64,000 nucleotides of DNA from an uncultured Dehalococcoidia bacterium (GTDB lineage Bacteria; Chloroflexota; Dehalococcoidia; Lucifugimonadales; UBA3495): contig CATMOE010000003.1 in assembly GCA_950072105.1 (NCBI GenBank), positions 64,001 through 128,000 of the forward strand. Direction: 5' to 3'. This document shows positions 28,651 to 38,177 of this stretch, one piece after another (the first letter of the stretch is position 1; every line of letters starts with the position of its first letter). The position numbers and the translations under genes are program-made. The notes below the pieces were generated by a model. It did no database searches. It saw nothing but the letters and a program-made list of their open reading frames with translations, and was not told the origin of the DNA.

Positions 28651-29610
28651 ATGACCCGTCAAAAAACCCACGATCTATACGATTTCATGCGGCAGATAAG
28701 CGATGAAATGTCTGCTGAGTACAACCGTATACAGATGCGAGCCACCGAAGATCCCGGAACAGCGGGAGACCAAGGCGAAGAGAATTGGGCGGAGTTATTG
28801 CGAGACTGGCTTCCGCTGACCTATGAGGTAGTTACCAAAGGCCGCATTATCAGCCAAGAGAGCGTAACCAGTCCTCAGATTGATGTGCTTGTCATAAAGG
28901 GCTCATATCCAAAGAAGCTCCTAAATAAAAAACTCTATCTCGCTGCTGGGGTCGCCGCTGCGTTTGAGTGCAAGACAACGCTGAATTCGTCGCACATTGT
29001 CAAGGCTCTTGAAAACTGCACAAAAATCAAGAGTCTATACCCGGAACGGACTGGAACACCCTATAAGGAATTGCATTCACCCCTCGTTTATGGCCTGCTA
29101 GCTCACTCGCATGCCTGGAAAGGCGAGAAATCCACCCCCGAACAGAACATCCAGCGAAAACTACATGAGGCCGATTCCTTGAGCGTATTCCATCCTCGTG
29201 CGCAACTCGACCTTCTGTGTGTCGCGGACCTTGCCGCATGGACATCTTCGAAGATGACTTTCATAGGTCCACGCCAAGTACCCGACTGGTCAACGTTGGC
29301 ACCAGTTTATGGGCCGAAAGGTTCAGCAACCAGTGCGTACGCAGGCCACACTCGTGCGATCAAAAAGCAGGTCGAGCAGTTAACTCCTATCGGTGTTCTT
29401 ATCTCGTATCTCTCACAAAAGCTTGCGTGGGAAGACCTATCGCTGCGTGACCTAGCCGATTACTACCGTATGACGAATATCGCAGGGTCTGCAGAGGGGT
29501 ACATGCGAGTGTGGTCCAGTTCGATCTATAGCGACGAGGTACGTCCGCGTCTGGAGGCGGGCATGCTGTCGAGCGGGAAATCTTGGGATGAATGGCGCCA
29601 ATTCTTCTAA
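28651..29610 (+). CDS. DUF6602-like protein, probable PD-(D/E)XK nuclease fold
   Basis: GTAGDQGE..W, SPQIDVLVI, AFECKTTL; composition differs from neighbours. Confidence 0.6.
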   Translation: MTRQKTHDLYDFMRQISDEMSAEYNRIQMRATEDPGTAGDQGEENWAELLRDWLPLTYEVVTKGRIISQESVTSPQIDVLVIKGSYPKKLLNKKLYLAAGVAAAFECKTTLNSSHIVKALENCTKIKSLYPERTGTPYKELHSPLVYGLLAHSHAWKGEKSTPEQNIQRKLHEADSLSVFHPRAQLDLLCVADLAAWTSSKMTFIGPRQVPDWSTLAPVYGPKGSATSAYAGHTRAIKKQVEQLTPIGVLISYLSQKLAWEDLSLRDLADYYRMTNIAGSAEGYMRVWSSSIYSDEVRPRLEAGMLSSGKSWDEWRQFF

Positions 29611-29741
29611 TTCCAGAGCTAGCCGTTTGTCAGGACGCTCTTTCATCTCCATTTAGATTAGATTTTCTGGTCTCCCGCTTGCCACCCTCCCCGTATCAGG
29701 GTATAAATACTGCTGGAACCATCCCCATGAGGAGCGTACCA

Positions 29742-31529
29742 ATGAGCGAAAATTCCTCCCAGAGCACTCGAGGTAGTCAGGGCGAGTTTTCTCACCGTCC
29801 CATGGTCTGGGGCACGCAGGGTATGGTGGGGGCGGGTACTCAGCTCACCGCCCAGGCCGGGATGCGCATATTGTGGCAGGGGGGCAACGCCGTTGATGCC
29901 GCCGTGGCTACGGCCCTGGCCGCCGGCGTTCTGGAGCCCACCGCCCACTACTCTTTGGGCGGTGAGGTGGCCATGCTCTTCTACGAGGCATCCACTAAGA
30001 AGGTGCGCTCGGTGGTGGGGCAAGGTTGGGCGGCCCAAGCGGCCACTGCAGAATACTATCAGCAGCAATGGGGAGAAATTCCGTCAGGAGTGTTGAGCAC
30101 GACGGTGCCAGGCGTGATTTCGGCCCTCCTGGCCATGCAGGCCAGTTACGGGACCATGAGCTTCGGCCAGGTGGTCGAAAGTGCCCTGTCCTTTGCCCGT
30201 GACGGTTTCCCCGCGTATCAACTCCTGTGCCGGGCCATCGCGACTTCGGAACGCACGGCCAACATCCAGAAATACCCGGAGTCAGCCGAGATCTATCTGC
30301 CCGGCGGAACCCCCCCGGTTTTGGGCAGCATGTTCGTTCAAAAAGACCTGGGCCGGACATTGTCATTGATGGTCCAAGCCGAACAGCAGGCCTTGGTGGG
30401 CCAGGGCTCCGATCGGGAAACGGCCATCAACGCCGCCCGTGACGTCTTCTACAAGGGCGACGTGGCCCGCCGCATGGTGGCGGCATTGGCCGACTTGGGC
30501 GGTCTGTACACCTACGACGACTTCGCCGAGTTCGAATCTCCCCACGAGGAGCCCATCTCCGCCACCTACCGGGATTACGAGATTTTCACCAACCGCACCT
30601 GGACGCAAGGTATAAGCCTGTTGCAGGCGTTGAAGATCCTGGAAGGGTACGACCTGGCGTCCATGGGCCACAACAGTTCCCAGGCGATACATCTGCAAGT
30701 AGAGGCGCTGAAGTTGGCATTCGCCGACCGGGAGCGCTACGCCGGAGACCCGGCCTTTGTCGACGTGCCGGTGGACGGCCTGGTGTCCAGCGAATACGCC
30801 GCCCTACGCCGCGGCCTTATCGACCCCCACAAGGCTCAGGCAAGTTACCCGCCGGGCGACCCTAAGGGCATGCACGCGGTACTGCCAGGTCACCAGTCCA
30901 AGGAAACAGCAGCCATGGCCGGAGCGGCGGGCGGCGACGAGGACGGCACCACCTACCTGTCCACCGTGGACAGCCAGGGCAATCTGGTGTCGGTCACCCC
31001 CAGCAGCTTCGCCGGACTGGCTCAAGGGATGATTCTTGGGGACACCGGCATCCTGATAAACACACGCGGATGCTACTTCTGGCTGGACCCGGACAATCCC
31101 AACTGTATCGCGCCCCACAAGCGGCCGCGAACCACCCCTTGCACCTTCATCGTGCTCAAGAATGGCAAGCCGTTCATGAGCCTGGGCACTCCCGGCGGCG
31201 ACAGCCAGGCCCAATGCGACCTGCAGGTGCTGTCTAATATCGTGGACTTTGGACTGAACGTCCAGGAAGCGGTGGAGGCGCCCCGGTTCTGCGGCTACAG
31301 CTTCCCGCTGTCACCCTGGCCTCACAAAGAGGCACCCAATCGTCTGGTCTTGGAGGAACGCATATCCTCCAGCGTCGCCGACGCCCTGCGGGACGACGGC
31401 CACGACGTCGAGATAACCGGCCCATGGGGTGTCTCCAACGGCTTCGCGCCTATACTTATGGACCCTGACACCGGCGTATACCACGGCGGCGCCGACCCCC
31501 GCAAAGAATCGGTGATGCTAGGCTGGTAA
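29742..31529 (+). CDS. ggt: Gamma-glutamyltransferase family protein
   Basis: GGNAVDAA, TVPG, GTTYLSTVD (Thr nucleophile), KRPRTT, GTPGG, GGADPR; RBS AGGAG. Confidence 0.92.
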   Translation: MSENSSQSTRGSQGEFSHRPMVWGTQGMVGAGTQLTAQAGMRILWQGGNAVDAAVATALAAGVLEPTAHYSLGGEVAMLFYEASTKKVRSVVGQGWAAQAATAEYYQQQWGEIPSGVLSTTVPGVISALLAMQASYGTMSFGQVVESALSFARDGFPAYQLLCRAIATSERTANIQKYPESAEIYLPGGTPPVLGSMFVQKDLGRTLSLMVQAEQQALVGQGSDRETAINAARDVFYKGDVARRMVAALADLGGLYTYDDFAEFESPHEEPISATYRDYEIFTNRTWTQGISLLQALKILEGYDLASMGHNSSQAIHLQVEALKLAFADRERYAGDPAFVDVPVDGLVSSEYAALRRGLIDPHKAQASYPPGDPKGMHAVLPGHQSKETAAMAGAAGGDEDGTTYLSTVDSQGNLVSVTPSSFAGLAQGMILGDTGILINTRGCYFWLDPDNPNCIAPHKRPRTTPCTFIVLKNGKPFMSLGTPGGDSQAQCDLQVLSNIVDFGLNVQEAVEAPRFCGYSFPLSPWPHKEAPNRLVLEERISSSVADALRDDGHDVEITGPWGVSNGFAPILMDPDTGVYHGGADPRKESVMLGW

Positions 31530-31591
31530 CCCCTGATAGCTGAGTGCCCCGATACAATTGAGGCTGACAGCTAGCGAACGAGGAGCGTTTC

Positions 31592-32758
31592 GTGACTACA
31601 CCCACTCCAGAAGAGGCCCGCACTCAGATCGTCAATATGGTCCGCGACTTTGTTCGCCGGGACGTCGAGCCCGTCGCCGATCGGCTTGATCGGGAAGACA
31701 TTGTTCCCCACGACCTCATCGACAAGATGAAGGACCTGGGTCTTTTCGGAATAACCGTGCCTGAAGAGTACGGCGGTCTGGGGCTGGACTACACGACCTT
31801 CGCCAGTATCTTCGAAGAGCTTTCCAAAGGGTTCATGAGTATCAGCGGGGCCATCGGCACCCATCACATATTGACCTACGTGCTCACCCATTTCGGGACC
31901 GAGGAGCAGAAGCGCCAATTTCTTCCCGACCTGGCCAGCGGTAAAAAGCGTGGCGGTTTAGCCTTGACCGAGCCTAGTGGCGGCACCGACGTGGCCAATC
32001 TGCAGACCACCGCCGACAAAGATGGCGAGGAGTACGTCATCAACGGCACCAAGATGTTCATCACCAATGGCCGGTACGGCGATTCTTTCTTGCTGCTGGC
32101 CCGCACCGACCGGACGGCGGAACCCAACCATAGCGGTATCAGCGCCTTCGTGATCGAAAAGGGAGATAAAGGCTTCAAGGTGGGCCGGGACCTGGATAAG
32201 CTGGGTTATCGGGGTCTGGACACTTGTGAGCTTATTTTCGAGGACTTCCGGGTCCCCGCAGAGAATCTGGTGGGAGAAGTGGAAGGCAGGGGCTTCGGCC
32301 AGGTGATGAGCGGCTTGGAAACCGGCCGCATCAACGTCGCCGCCCGAGCGGTGGGCGTGGCTCAGGCGGCTTTCAACGCCTCCATACGTTATTCCCAGCA
32401 ACGCCAGACCTTCGGCGTCCCGATTTCCCAGCATCAAGCCATCCAGTTGAAACTGGCCGACATGGCCACCAAGATACAAGCCGCCCGTCTGCTGACCTAC
32501 GATGCAGCCGCGAAGAAGGACCGGGGGGAACGAGCCGACCTGGAAGCGGGGATGGCCAAGCTATTCGCCAGCGAGGTATGCGGGGAGGTGACCATGGAGG
32601 CCCTGCGCATCCACGGCGGCTACGGCTACATCAAAGAGTCGCCGGTGGAGCGCTACTACCGGGACGCCCCCCTGATGATCATCGGTGAGGGTACCAACGA
32701 GATCCTCCGGGTGGTCATAGCACGGCAGCTCCTTAGGCGGCCGGAATACCAGATCTGA
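31592..32758 (+). CDS. Acyl-CoA dehydrogenase
   Basis: LALTEPSGGTD, NGTKMFITNG, RIHGGYGY, IGEGTNEI. Confidence 0.95.
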   Translation: MTTPTPEEARTQIVNMVRDFVRRDVEPVADRLDREDIVPHDLIDKMKDLGLFGITVPEEYGGLGLDYTTFASIFEELSKGFMSISGAIGTHHILTYVLTHFGTEEQKRQFLPDLASGKKRGGLALTEPSGGTDVANLQTTADKDGEEYVINGTKMFITNGRYGDSFLLLARTDRTAEPNHSGISAFVIEKGDKGFKVGRDLDKLGYRGLDTCELIFEDFRVPAENLVGEVEGRGFGQVMSGLETGRINVAARAVGVAQAAFNASIRYSQQRQTFGVPISQHQAIQLKLADMATKIQAARLLTYDAAAKKDRGERADLEAGMAKLFASEVCGEVTMEALRIHGGYGYIKESPVERYYRDAPLMIIGEGTNEILRVVIARQLLRRPEYQI

Positions 32759-32814
32759 GCGGTTGAACAACCCAGGGGATTAGGTTACCGTAATGCGATG
32801 GAGACGGTGACATC

Positions 32815-33072
32815 GTGAGACTGACCCTATCGGACCACCTTGCGGAACTCACACAGAAGAAGTTTGATGAGGGGCCTTACACTTCTCTCGAAGAAGTCAT
32901 TTCCGAGGCTCTGAGTCTTCTTGACCAACGCGACGAGAAGCTCTCAGCCTTACGCGAAGACATCCAACAAGGGCTGGCTAGTGGCGCCGCCAGACTCTTC
33001 GATGAAGACGTCGTCGAAGATATTAAGAAGCGGGGCCGGGAACTTCTCGGACAGGACCCAACTCCGGCTTAA
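32815..33072 (+). CDS. parD: ParD-family (CopG/RHH) antitoxin
   Basis: Y.S..EVI.EAL.LL ... LREDIQQGLASG; coupled to parE. Confidence 0.8.
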   Translation: MRLTLSDHLAELTQKKFDEGPYTSLEEVISEALSLLDQRDEKLSALREDIQQGLASGAARLFDEDVVEDIKKRGRELLGQDPTPA

Positions 33073-33368
33073 TGCCTCAAGCCAACATCTTAAATTCGGC
33101 AGTGGCTGACCTTGCCGATATTTGGGCATATATTGCACTGGATAGCCCTGACAACACCGACCTTTTCATCGATCGCATTTTCCGAATTTGTCAGCAGGGG
33201 CTTGCTTCCAATCCTCGCTTAGGCCGGACACGAGAGGAGTTGTCCCCGGGGCTGCGAAGTCTGGTGTTCGAGAGCTACGTAATCTTCTATCACCCAATGC
33301 CCAACGGTGTAGCGGTTGTTCGTGTTTTGCACGGGATGAGGGACATTGAAAGCATCTTTGATTCTTGA
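33072..33368 (+). CDS. parE: ParE/RelE-family toxin
   Basis: ADLADIWAYIA.D, GRTREEL.PGLRS, VVRVLHGMRDI. Confidence 0.9.
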   Translation: MPQANILNSAVADLADIWAYIALDSPDNTDLFIDRIFRICQQGLASNPRLGRTREELSPGLRSLVFESYVIFYHPMPNGVAVVRVLHGMRDIESIFDS

Positions 33369-33386
33369 TTACTCAGGGGGACTTCA

Positions 33387-34430
33387 TTGGCTATCGGATG
33401 GGCATTTATAGGGACAGGAAGGTATCCGGACAGGGCCGGCGCGCCGGGGATGGCGTTGGCCGGTGACACCGAACTCATCGCCACTTACAGCCGTGACCGG
33501 GGCCGGGCAGACGCGTTCGCGGCTAAACACGGCTTTCGTGCCGCTTACGATTCGGTGGAGGAACTGCTGGCCGACTCCCGGGTGGACGCCGTGTTCATCG
33601 CCACGCCCAATCATTTACATGCCGAACACACCAGCATGGCCGCCCAGGCCGGAAAGCACGTGCTGGTGGAAAAACCCATGTCCCTGAACGTGAACGACGG
33701 GATAGAGATGGTGAGGGCTTGCAAAACCAACAGTGTGAAGCTGGGCGTTGGCTTCCAGCTTAGATATCATCCAGGCCACATCGAAGCCAAGCGGTTGGTC
33801 CAACAGGGCGTGCTGGGGAATATCGTCATGGCCCAGTCCCAGTTAGGCGGTGGCGAAAGAGGACAATTGCGAAGGCCGCCGCGCACCGGACTCAGCGAGT
33901 GGTGGGAACACCCTGATATGATCGGCGGCGCTTCCACGATGATCGGCTCCGGCGTCCATGCCATAGATGACTTGCACTTCATCCTGGGTCAGACCGTGAA
34001 TCAGGTAGCAGCCATAACCGACGGTCAGAATTCCGATACAACTCTGGAAAGCGTAGCCAGCATGTGCTTGCGGTTCGACGGTGGCGCCATCGGGATGATG
34101 TGCAGCAGTAGCAGGATCCCCGACTCCAAAAACGATGTTGTCATCTACGGCAGCGACGGCCGGGTCGTGCTCAAGGACTCCTCCCGGCCCACGATGGGCG
34201 GAGAGCTTGAAGTAGTCAGCGACACAGTGAACGATACGATTACTTACGAGCCGGATGAACTGGCGCTGTTCAAGTGGCAGACTGAGTCATTTAACCAGGC
34301 CATTCAGAAAAACCAAGAGCCCGCCGCTTCGGGGATCGACGGGCTCAAGATCGTCCAGGTTACGGTGGCGATGATTGAATCGGCGTCTAAGGGCAGGACC
34401 GTCAATCTGGACCCGCTGCCCGATTTCTAG
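33387..34430 (+). CDS. Gfo/Idh/MocA oxidoreductase
   Basis: IATPNHLH, KHVLVEKP, GVHAID. Confidence 0.92.
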   Translation: MAIGWAFIGTGRYPDRAGAPGMALAGDTELIATYSRDRGRADAFAAKHGFRAAYDSVEELLADSRVDAVFIATPNHLHAEHTSMAAQAGKHVLVEKPMSLNVNDGIEMVRACKTNSVKLGVGFQLRYHPGHIEAKRLVQQGVLGNIVMAQSQLGGGERGQLRRPPRTGLSEWWEHPDMIGGASTMIGSGVHAIDDLHFILGQTVNQVAAITDGQNSDTTLESVASMCLRFDGGAIGMMCSSSRIPDSKNDVVIYGSDGRVVLKDSSRPTMGGELEVVSDTVNDTITYEPDELALFKWQTESFNQAIQKNQEPAASGIDGLKIVQVTVAMIESASKGRTVNLDPLPDF

Positions 34431-34517
34431 ACAGGCTGTTCAGAATCGCTGGCGCCACCAGGTCCCGTTCGTAGTGAGTCTAATGACTCGTTGGCATTAA
34501 GGTTACTGACCTATTCT

Positions 34518-34576
34518 TGGTGAGCCTATTGACCCGCATATGGTGAGCCTGTCGAACCACCCCCTTCGACAAGCTC
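34518..34576. repeat. REP-like hairpin GAGCCTGTCGAA...TTCGACAAGCTC with duplicated TGGTGAGCCT
   Basis: Inverted repeat at 34545-34576 between convergent genes. Confidence 0.75.
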
Positions 34577-34644
34577 CGGTCACGCGATAGCTCCAGCGGA
34601 ATCTCCAGAATCCAGATGTCTAGCGCTCCGCCGTCCCTCCAACT

Positions 34645-34672
34645 TGTCACCCTGAGCGCAGCGAAGGGTCTC
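34645..34672. repeat. REP-like unit TGTCACCCTGAGCGCAGCGAAGGGTCTC
   Basis: Shares the GTCA...GAGCGCAGCGA core with the copy at 37957. Confidence 0.7.
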
Positions 34673-34739
34673 ATGTTCCCGCTACATAACCAGTTAAAAT
34701 TTCTACAAACCAACGGGCGACACCCGGACACCCAGTTGT

Positions 34740-35456
34740 CTAGTGCTCTGCTTCCTCCGACGCCAGTGGATTGAACGTAACCCGGGTCATCGGTTGGTCG
34801 CTGGTATTGCGCCACTGGTGGAAAGTATTGGGTGGCACCAAGATCCCATCTCCGGCGGCCACCGGGTACTCTGTTCCTTCGCACACGATGGTGGCATGGC
34901 CCTCCAGAATGAAGACTACATGATCCCAAGGGTGAATGTGTCCGCCCGACTCCTGGTGGCTGACCGCTCCGGGGGTCATGGCGCCGTTGTAGAGCATCAG
35001 GTACGTGGGAGCGCCGTCCTTGGAACCGATGATGCGGCTGCCGGTTTCCGCGTTTAGGTCTTGATAGTTCCGAATCATCGGCGCCTGTCCGATCCCGACC
35101 TCACCGCCGGGGCGGGCGCCGCCGGTTTGGGCCGCTACCAACGGGTTGATCTCGATTCTGCGGATCACGCCCAGTCCGCCGTCGTTCAGGGTGTAGTGGT
35201 CCACTTCACCCGGAATAAATATCGCGTCGCCCTCTTTCACCGGATAGTTCTTGCCATCACAAACCAGAGTACCCGACCCTTTAATGATGTAGACTTCGTG
35301 CTCCCATGGATGGATGTGATGTGCGCTGGTCTTGTCGGCGTTGATCTCCGAATAGGTCATGGTGCAAGTAGGTGGGTTGTCATCCAGCCAAACCAGCCGC
35401 GCCGATGGCCCTTCCGGAGTGAACATGTTCCTAAAATTTCTAATAACCGGTTCCAT
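34740..35456 (-). CDS. Bicupin protein
   Basis: Two HIHPW(E/D)H cupin motifs; RBS AGGAGG. Confidence 0.85.
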   Translation of the reverse strand: MEPVIRNFRNMFTPEGPSARLVWLDDNPPTCTMTYSEINADKTSAHHIHPWEHEVYIIKGSGTLVCDGKNYPVKEGDAIFIPGEVDHYTLNDGGLGVIRRIEINPLVAAQTGGARPGGEVGIGQAPMIRNYQDLNAETGSRIIGSKDGAPTYLMLYNGAMTPGAVSHQESGGHIHPWDHVVFILEGHATIVCEGTEYPVAAGDGILVPPNTFHQWRNTSDQPMTRVTFNPLASEEAEH

Positions 35457-35494
35457 AGCAAACATTCCTCCTAAAATGACTCGCTCAGGCCAAA

Positions 35495-35524
35495 GCTGAA
35501 AGCTGACAGCTATCAGCCGTCAGT
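35495..35524. repeat. GCTGA/TCAGC heptamer-type repeat; related copies at 31533-31574 and 36329-36387
   Basis: GCTGAAAGCTGACAGCTATCAGCCGTCAG. Confidence 0.55.
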
Positions 35525-35531
35525 TGGCTCC

Positions 35532-36308
35532 CTACCTTCCCTTCCACTGGGGCTTGCGTTTCTCGGCGAACGCCTTGGGTCCCTCCTTGGAGTCTTCCGT
35601 GGTCAGCAACTGGTCGTACATGTGGTAGGTCAGCGCCGAAATGTCTTGGGTGGACATATTCTGTCCTCGATATGCCAGCTCTTTGAATGCCTGCACCGCC
35701 AGGGGTGCGTTCTCCGCGATCTGATTTGCCAGGGCCATGGCCTCTTCCATCAACTTGTCCGCGGGGACCACCCGATTGACGAAACCGATCTCATAAGCGC
35801 GTTGAGCCGAGATAGGCGCCGCGGTGAACACCAACTCCAATACCGCCGGTAGTGAAATCATCTTGGGCAGGATGGTGCCAAAGGGGGGCAACAAGCTCCA
35901 TTTAGTCTCGCTGATCCCCAACTGGGCGTCTTCCGAAGCAACCCTCAAGTCGCACATCTGGGCGATGGACCAGCCACCGGCCAGCGCATAGCCGTTGACG
36001 GCGGCGATCAGGGGCTTCCACGTTTGAGGCCACATGTAAGGGCGGTCTGATGACATACTCTGGGAAGCCCTGGCCTGGATTCCTTCAGCGTTATCGTTGG
36101 TCCGCTCCTTAAGGTCCCTTCCGGCGCAAAAGGCTCGCCCAGCTCCAGTGATGATCGCCACGAAGGCGTCCTCATCGCCGTCAAACTGAGTTATCGCATC
36201 AGACAATTCCCGCCGGAGTTGCCGGTTGATGGAGTTCAATGCGTCCGGCCTGTTAAGGGTGATGGTAACGACGTTTCCCTGCTTCTCATAAAGGACTGTT
36301 TCTGCCAT
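35532..36308 (-). CDS. Enoyl-CoA hydratase/isomerase (crotonase family)
   Basis: ITLNRPDALN, AFCAGRDL, KPLIAAVNG, AFAEKRKP. Confidence 0.93.
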   Translation of the reverse strand: MAETVLYEKQGNVVTITLNRPDALNSINRQLRRELSDAITQFDGDEDAFVAIITGAGRAFCAGRDLKERTNDNAEGIQARASQSMSSDRPYMWPQTWKPLIAAVNGYALAGGWSIAQMCDLRVASEDAQLGISETKWSLLPPFGTILPKMISLPAVLELVFTAAPISAQRAYEIGFVNRVVPADKLMEEAMALANQIAENAPLAVQAFKELAYRGQNMSTQDISALTYHMYDQLLTTEDSKEGPKAFAEKRKPQWKGR

Positions 36309-36389
36309 GTGACTCTTCTCCCTCATTTAATCAGCTGTTAAGGGTCGGCCATCAGCATTAAGCTAAGCGGCTGACGGCTGGTAGCTCTC

Positions 36390-36761
36390 TCAGGCATACT
36401 CTTGCAGTTGCACGCCGCCTACAACATGGAGGTGGCCGTGGCTTTGGCTCTGCAATCCGTGGCGGCCGAAGTTCGACAATACCCGGAAGCCATCGGGAGC
36501 GAAGGCAACGCCCAATTCGACGGCGATGTCTCCCATTCTCGACAACAATGTATTTTTTCGGTCTGGCCTGTCAGTCACGAATCCATCGCCCCACAAGTCA
36601 GTTTGGCTTAAGTGGTCCTTGGGCATCACCAGAAGCATCACGGGCACCCAAGTCAGCCGGTTCCTTATGACCATGATATCGTTATCCACGTACCAGATCT
36701 TGGCATCCCGGTCCCGGTAGGACGTGATGTTACAGAAGACGCAGTTGGGCAATGAACTCAA
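36390..36761 (-). CDS. HIT-family nucleotide-binding protein
   Basis: CVFC and HGHLHVVGG histidine triad. Confidence 0.85.
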   Translation of the reverse strand: MSSLPNCVFCNITSYRDRDAKIWYVDNDIMVIRNRLTWVPVMLLVMPKDHLSQTDLWGDGFVTDRPDRKNTLLSRMGDIAVELGVAFAPDGFRVLSNFGRHGLQSQSHGHLHVVGGVQLQEYA

Positions 36762-36812
36762 AAGCAGATGCTCGCTGACTTAAAAAATACGCCCCGTGTC
36801 CGGCGCGTTGTG

Positions 36813-36841
36813 AATATAATGGCCGGTCATACCCTTGTCAA
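36813..36841 (-). promoter_or_regulatory. Sigma70-type promoter for the HIT/ECH/cupin unit
   Basis: TTGACA-17 nt-TATATT on the minus strand. Confidence 0.55.
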
Positions 36842-36928
36842 CGCCGAGCCGTTCAAGAGCCGATGACGTACGGGCCGTAAAAGGGAAATCTCCTCACCCT
36901 ATGGTATTATTTATTCTGGGAGTGAACC

Positions 36929-37420
36929 ATGTTTCGTTTAGCCGTTTTGACCGTAAGCACCTCCGGGTTTCAAGGCCAGCGTGAAGACACCAGCGGGCAG
37001 GTCATCAAGGAAATACTAGGCCCCCCTGATTACGAAGTAACCCGTTACGAAGTGGTCCCCGACGACCGGGAAATGATTGCGGAACGGATGTCCCAATGGG
37101 CCGACGCTCCCGATGTCGATCTAATAGTATCTACCGGCGGCACCGGATTGGGACCCCAGGACATTACTCCCGAGGCCTGCCTGTCGATTATCGACCGGGA
37201 AGTACCGGGCTTGGCCGAGACCATGCGGGCCAAGACGTTGCAGTTCACCCCCATGGCTATGCTTAGCCGCTCCGTGGCCGGGATTCGGGGTAACACCCTG
37301 ATCATCACCCTTCCGGGAAGTCCCAAGGGGGTGAGGGAGTGCCTGGAAGTTGTCACGCCGGTCCTGGGTCATGCTCTCCAACTGCTGCATACCGAGACGG
37401 TCAGCGACCACCCAGTTTAA
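36929..37420 (+). CDS. moaB: MogA/MoaB molybdopterin adenylyltransferase
   Basis: DTSG, STGGTG.GPQDITPEA, SRSVAG, LPGSPKG. Confidence 0.9.
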   Translation: MFRLAVLTVSTSGFQGQREDTSGQVIKEILGPPDYEVTRYEVVPDDREMIAERMSQWADAPDVDLIVSTGGTGLGPQDITPEACLSIIDREVPGLAETMRAKTLQFTPMAMLSRSVAGIRGNTLIITLPGSPKGVRECLEVVTPVLGHALQLLHTETVSDHPV

Positions 37421-37529
37421 CAACGTTGCCTCTCCGGCTTTCCAATCCCCGCCACCCATCGGTATCGGCTCGTTCCACTTGGCGCGGAAATGTCCAGTCC
37501 ATTATTAACGAATAAGGGGTGAAGCCCTA

Positions 37530-37910
37530 TTGAGTACGGACTCAAGCGTAAATAACCCACCGGATAATCCTGACGATAAGCCAGATGTAGGCCCCGTTTA
37601 CTGGCCTCGGGTCAAAGAGATATTGGATCGTGTTATGGAGCGCTGGATAGAGCGTTGGGGTAGAGACCCGTTGCCCGGGATTCACGTATATTATTGGAAG
37701 ACTCGGCAAGAACTGGTAGATAGCGTGCTCTCCGGCGTTCGGGCGATCGAACCTGGAGTCGAGGGTAAGGACACCCAACTGGTCCGGTCATTGGCTCGCA
37801 CCGTTCTCACCTTCGGCCGCATGCCCCTCAGGGGGCCCTTTGTTCCCAGGGAAGAGATTGACGAGATAATTGTTTGGATCGACGCTGGGATGCCTGAAGG
37901 GCCGGACTAG
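37530..37910 (+). CDS. Hypothetical protein
   Basis: 126-aa ORF with RBS AAGGGG; C-terminal RMP...EEIDEIIVWIDAG. Confidence 0.7.
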   Translation: MSTDSSVNNPPDNPDDKPDVGPVYWPRVKEILDRVMERWIERWGRDPLPGIHVYYWKTRQELVDSVLSGVRAIEPGVEGKDTQLVRSLARTVLTFGRMPLRGPFVPREEIDEIIVWIDAGMPEGPD

Positions 37911-37931
37911 AGCGCAGTCAACTTCTTATTG

Positions 37932-38046
37932 GGACAATGTCATTCGGATTTGGACAATGTCATTCCGAGCGCAGCGAGGAATCTCATGCGCAGTCGACCA
38001 GCCAACCGGAGATTTCTCTCCTTCCGCCGAAGGATCGGAATGACAT
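37932..38046. repeat. REP-like long inverted repeat ATGTCATTCCGAGCGCAGCGAGGAATCTC...GAGATTTC...TCGGAATGACAT
   Basis: Arms at 37957-37985 and 38009-38046; GGACAATGTCATTC directly duplicated at 37932 and 37952. Confidence 0.8.
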
Positions 38047-38091
38047 ATTTCATTTTAGGATTGGCTAGTTATCAGCGCCGGCGGCTAAGCC

Positions 38092-38131
38092 AAAAAAATC
38101 CGCCGGGTCCGGTTTCCCGGATTCCGGCGGA
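38092..38131 (-). terminator. Rho-independent terminator for the minus-strand NHL gene
   Basis: GC hairpin CCGCCGG..CCGGCGG adjacent to A7 (U7 on the minus strand). Confidence 0.7.
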
Positions 38132-38177
38132 GCATGCAAGATCATTAATGATAGACCGGGTTTTTGCTTCCCGGCTG

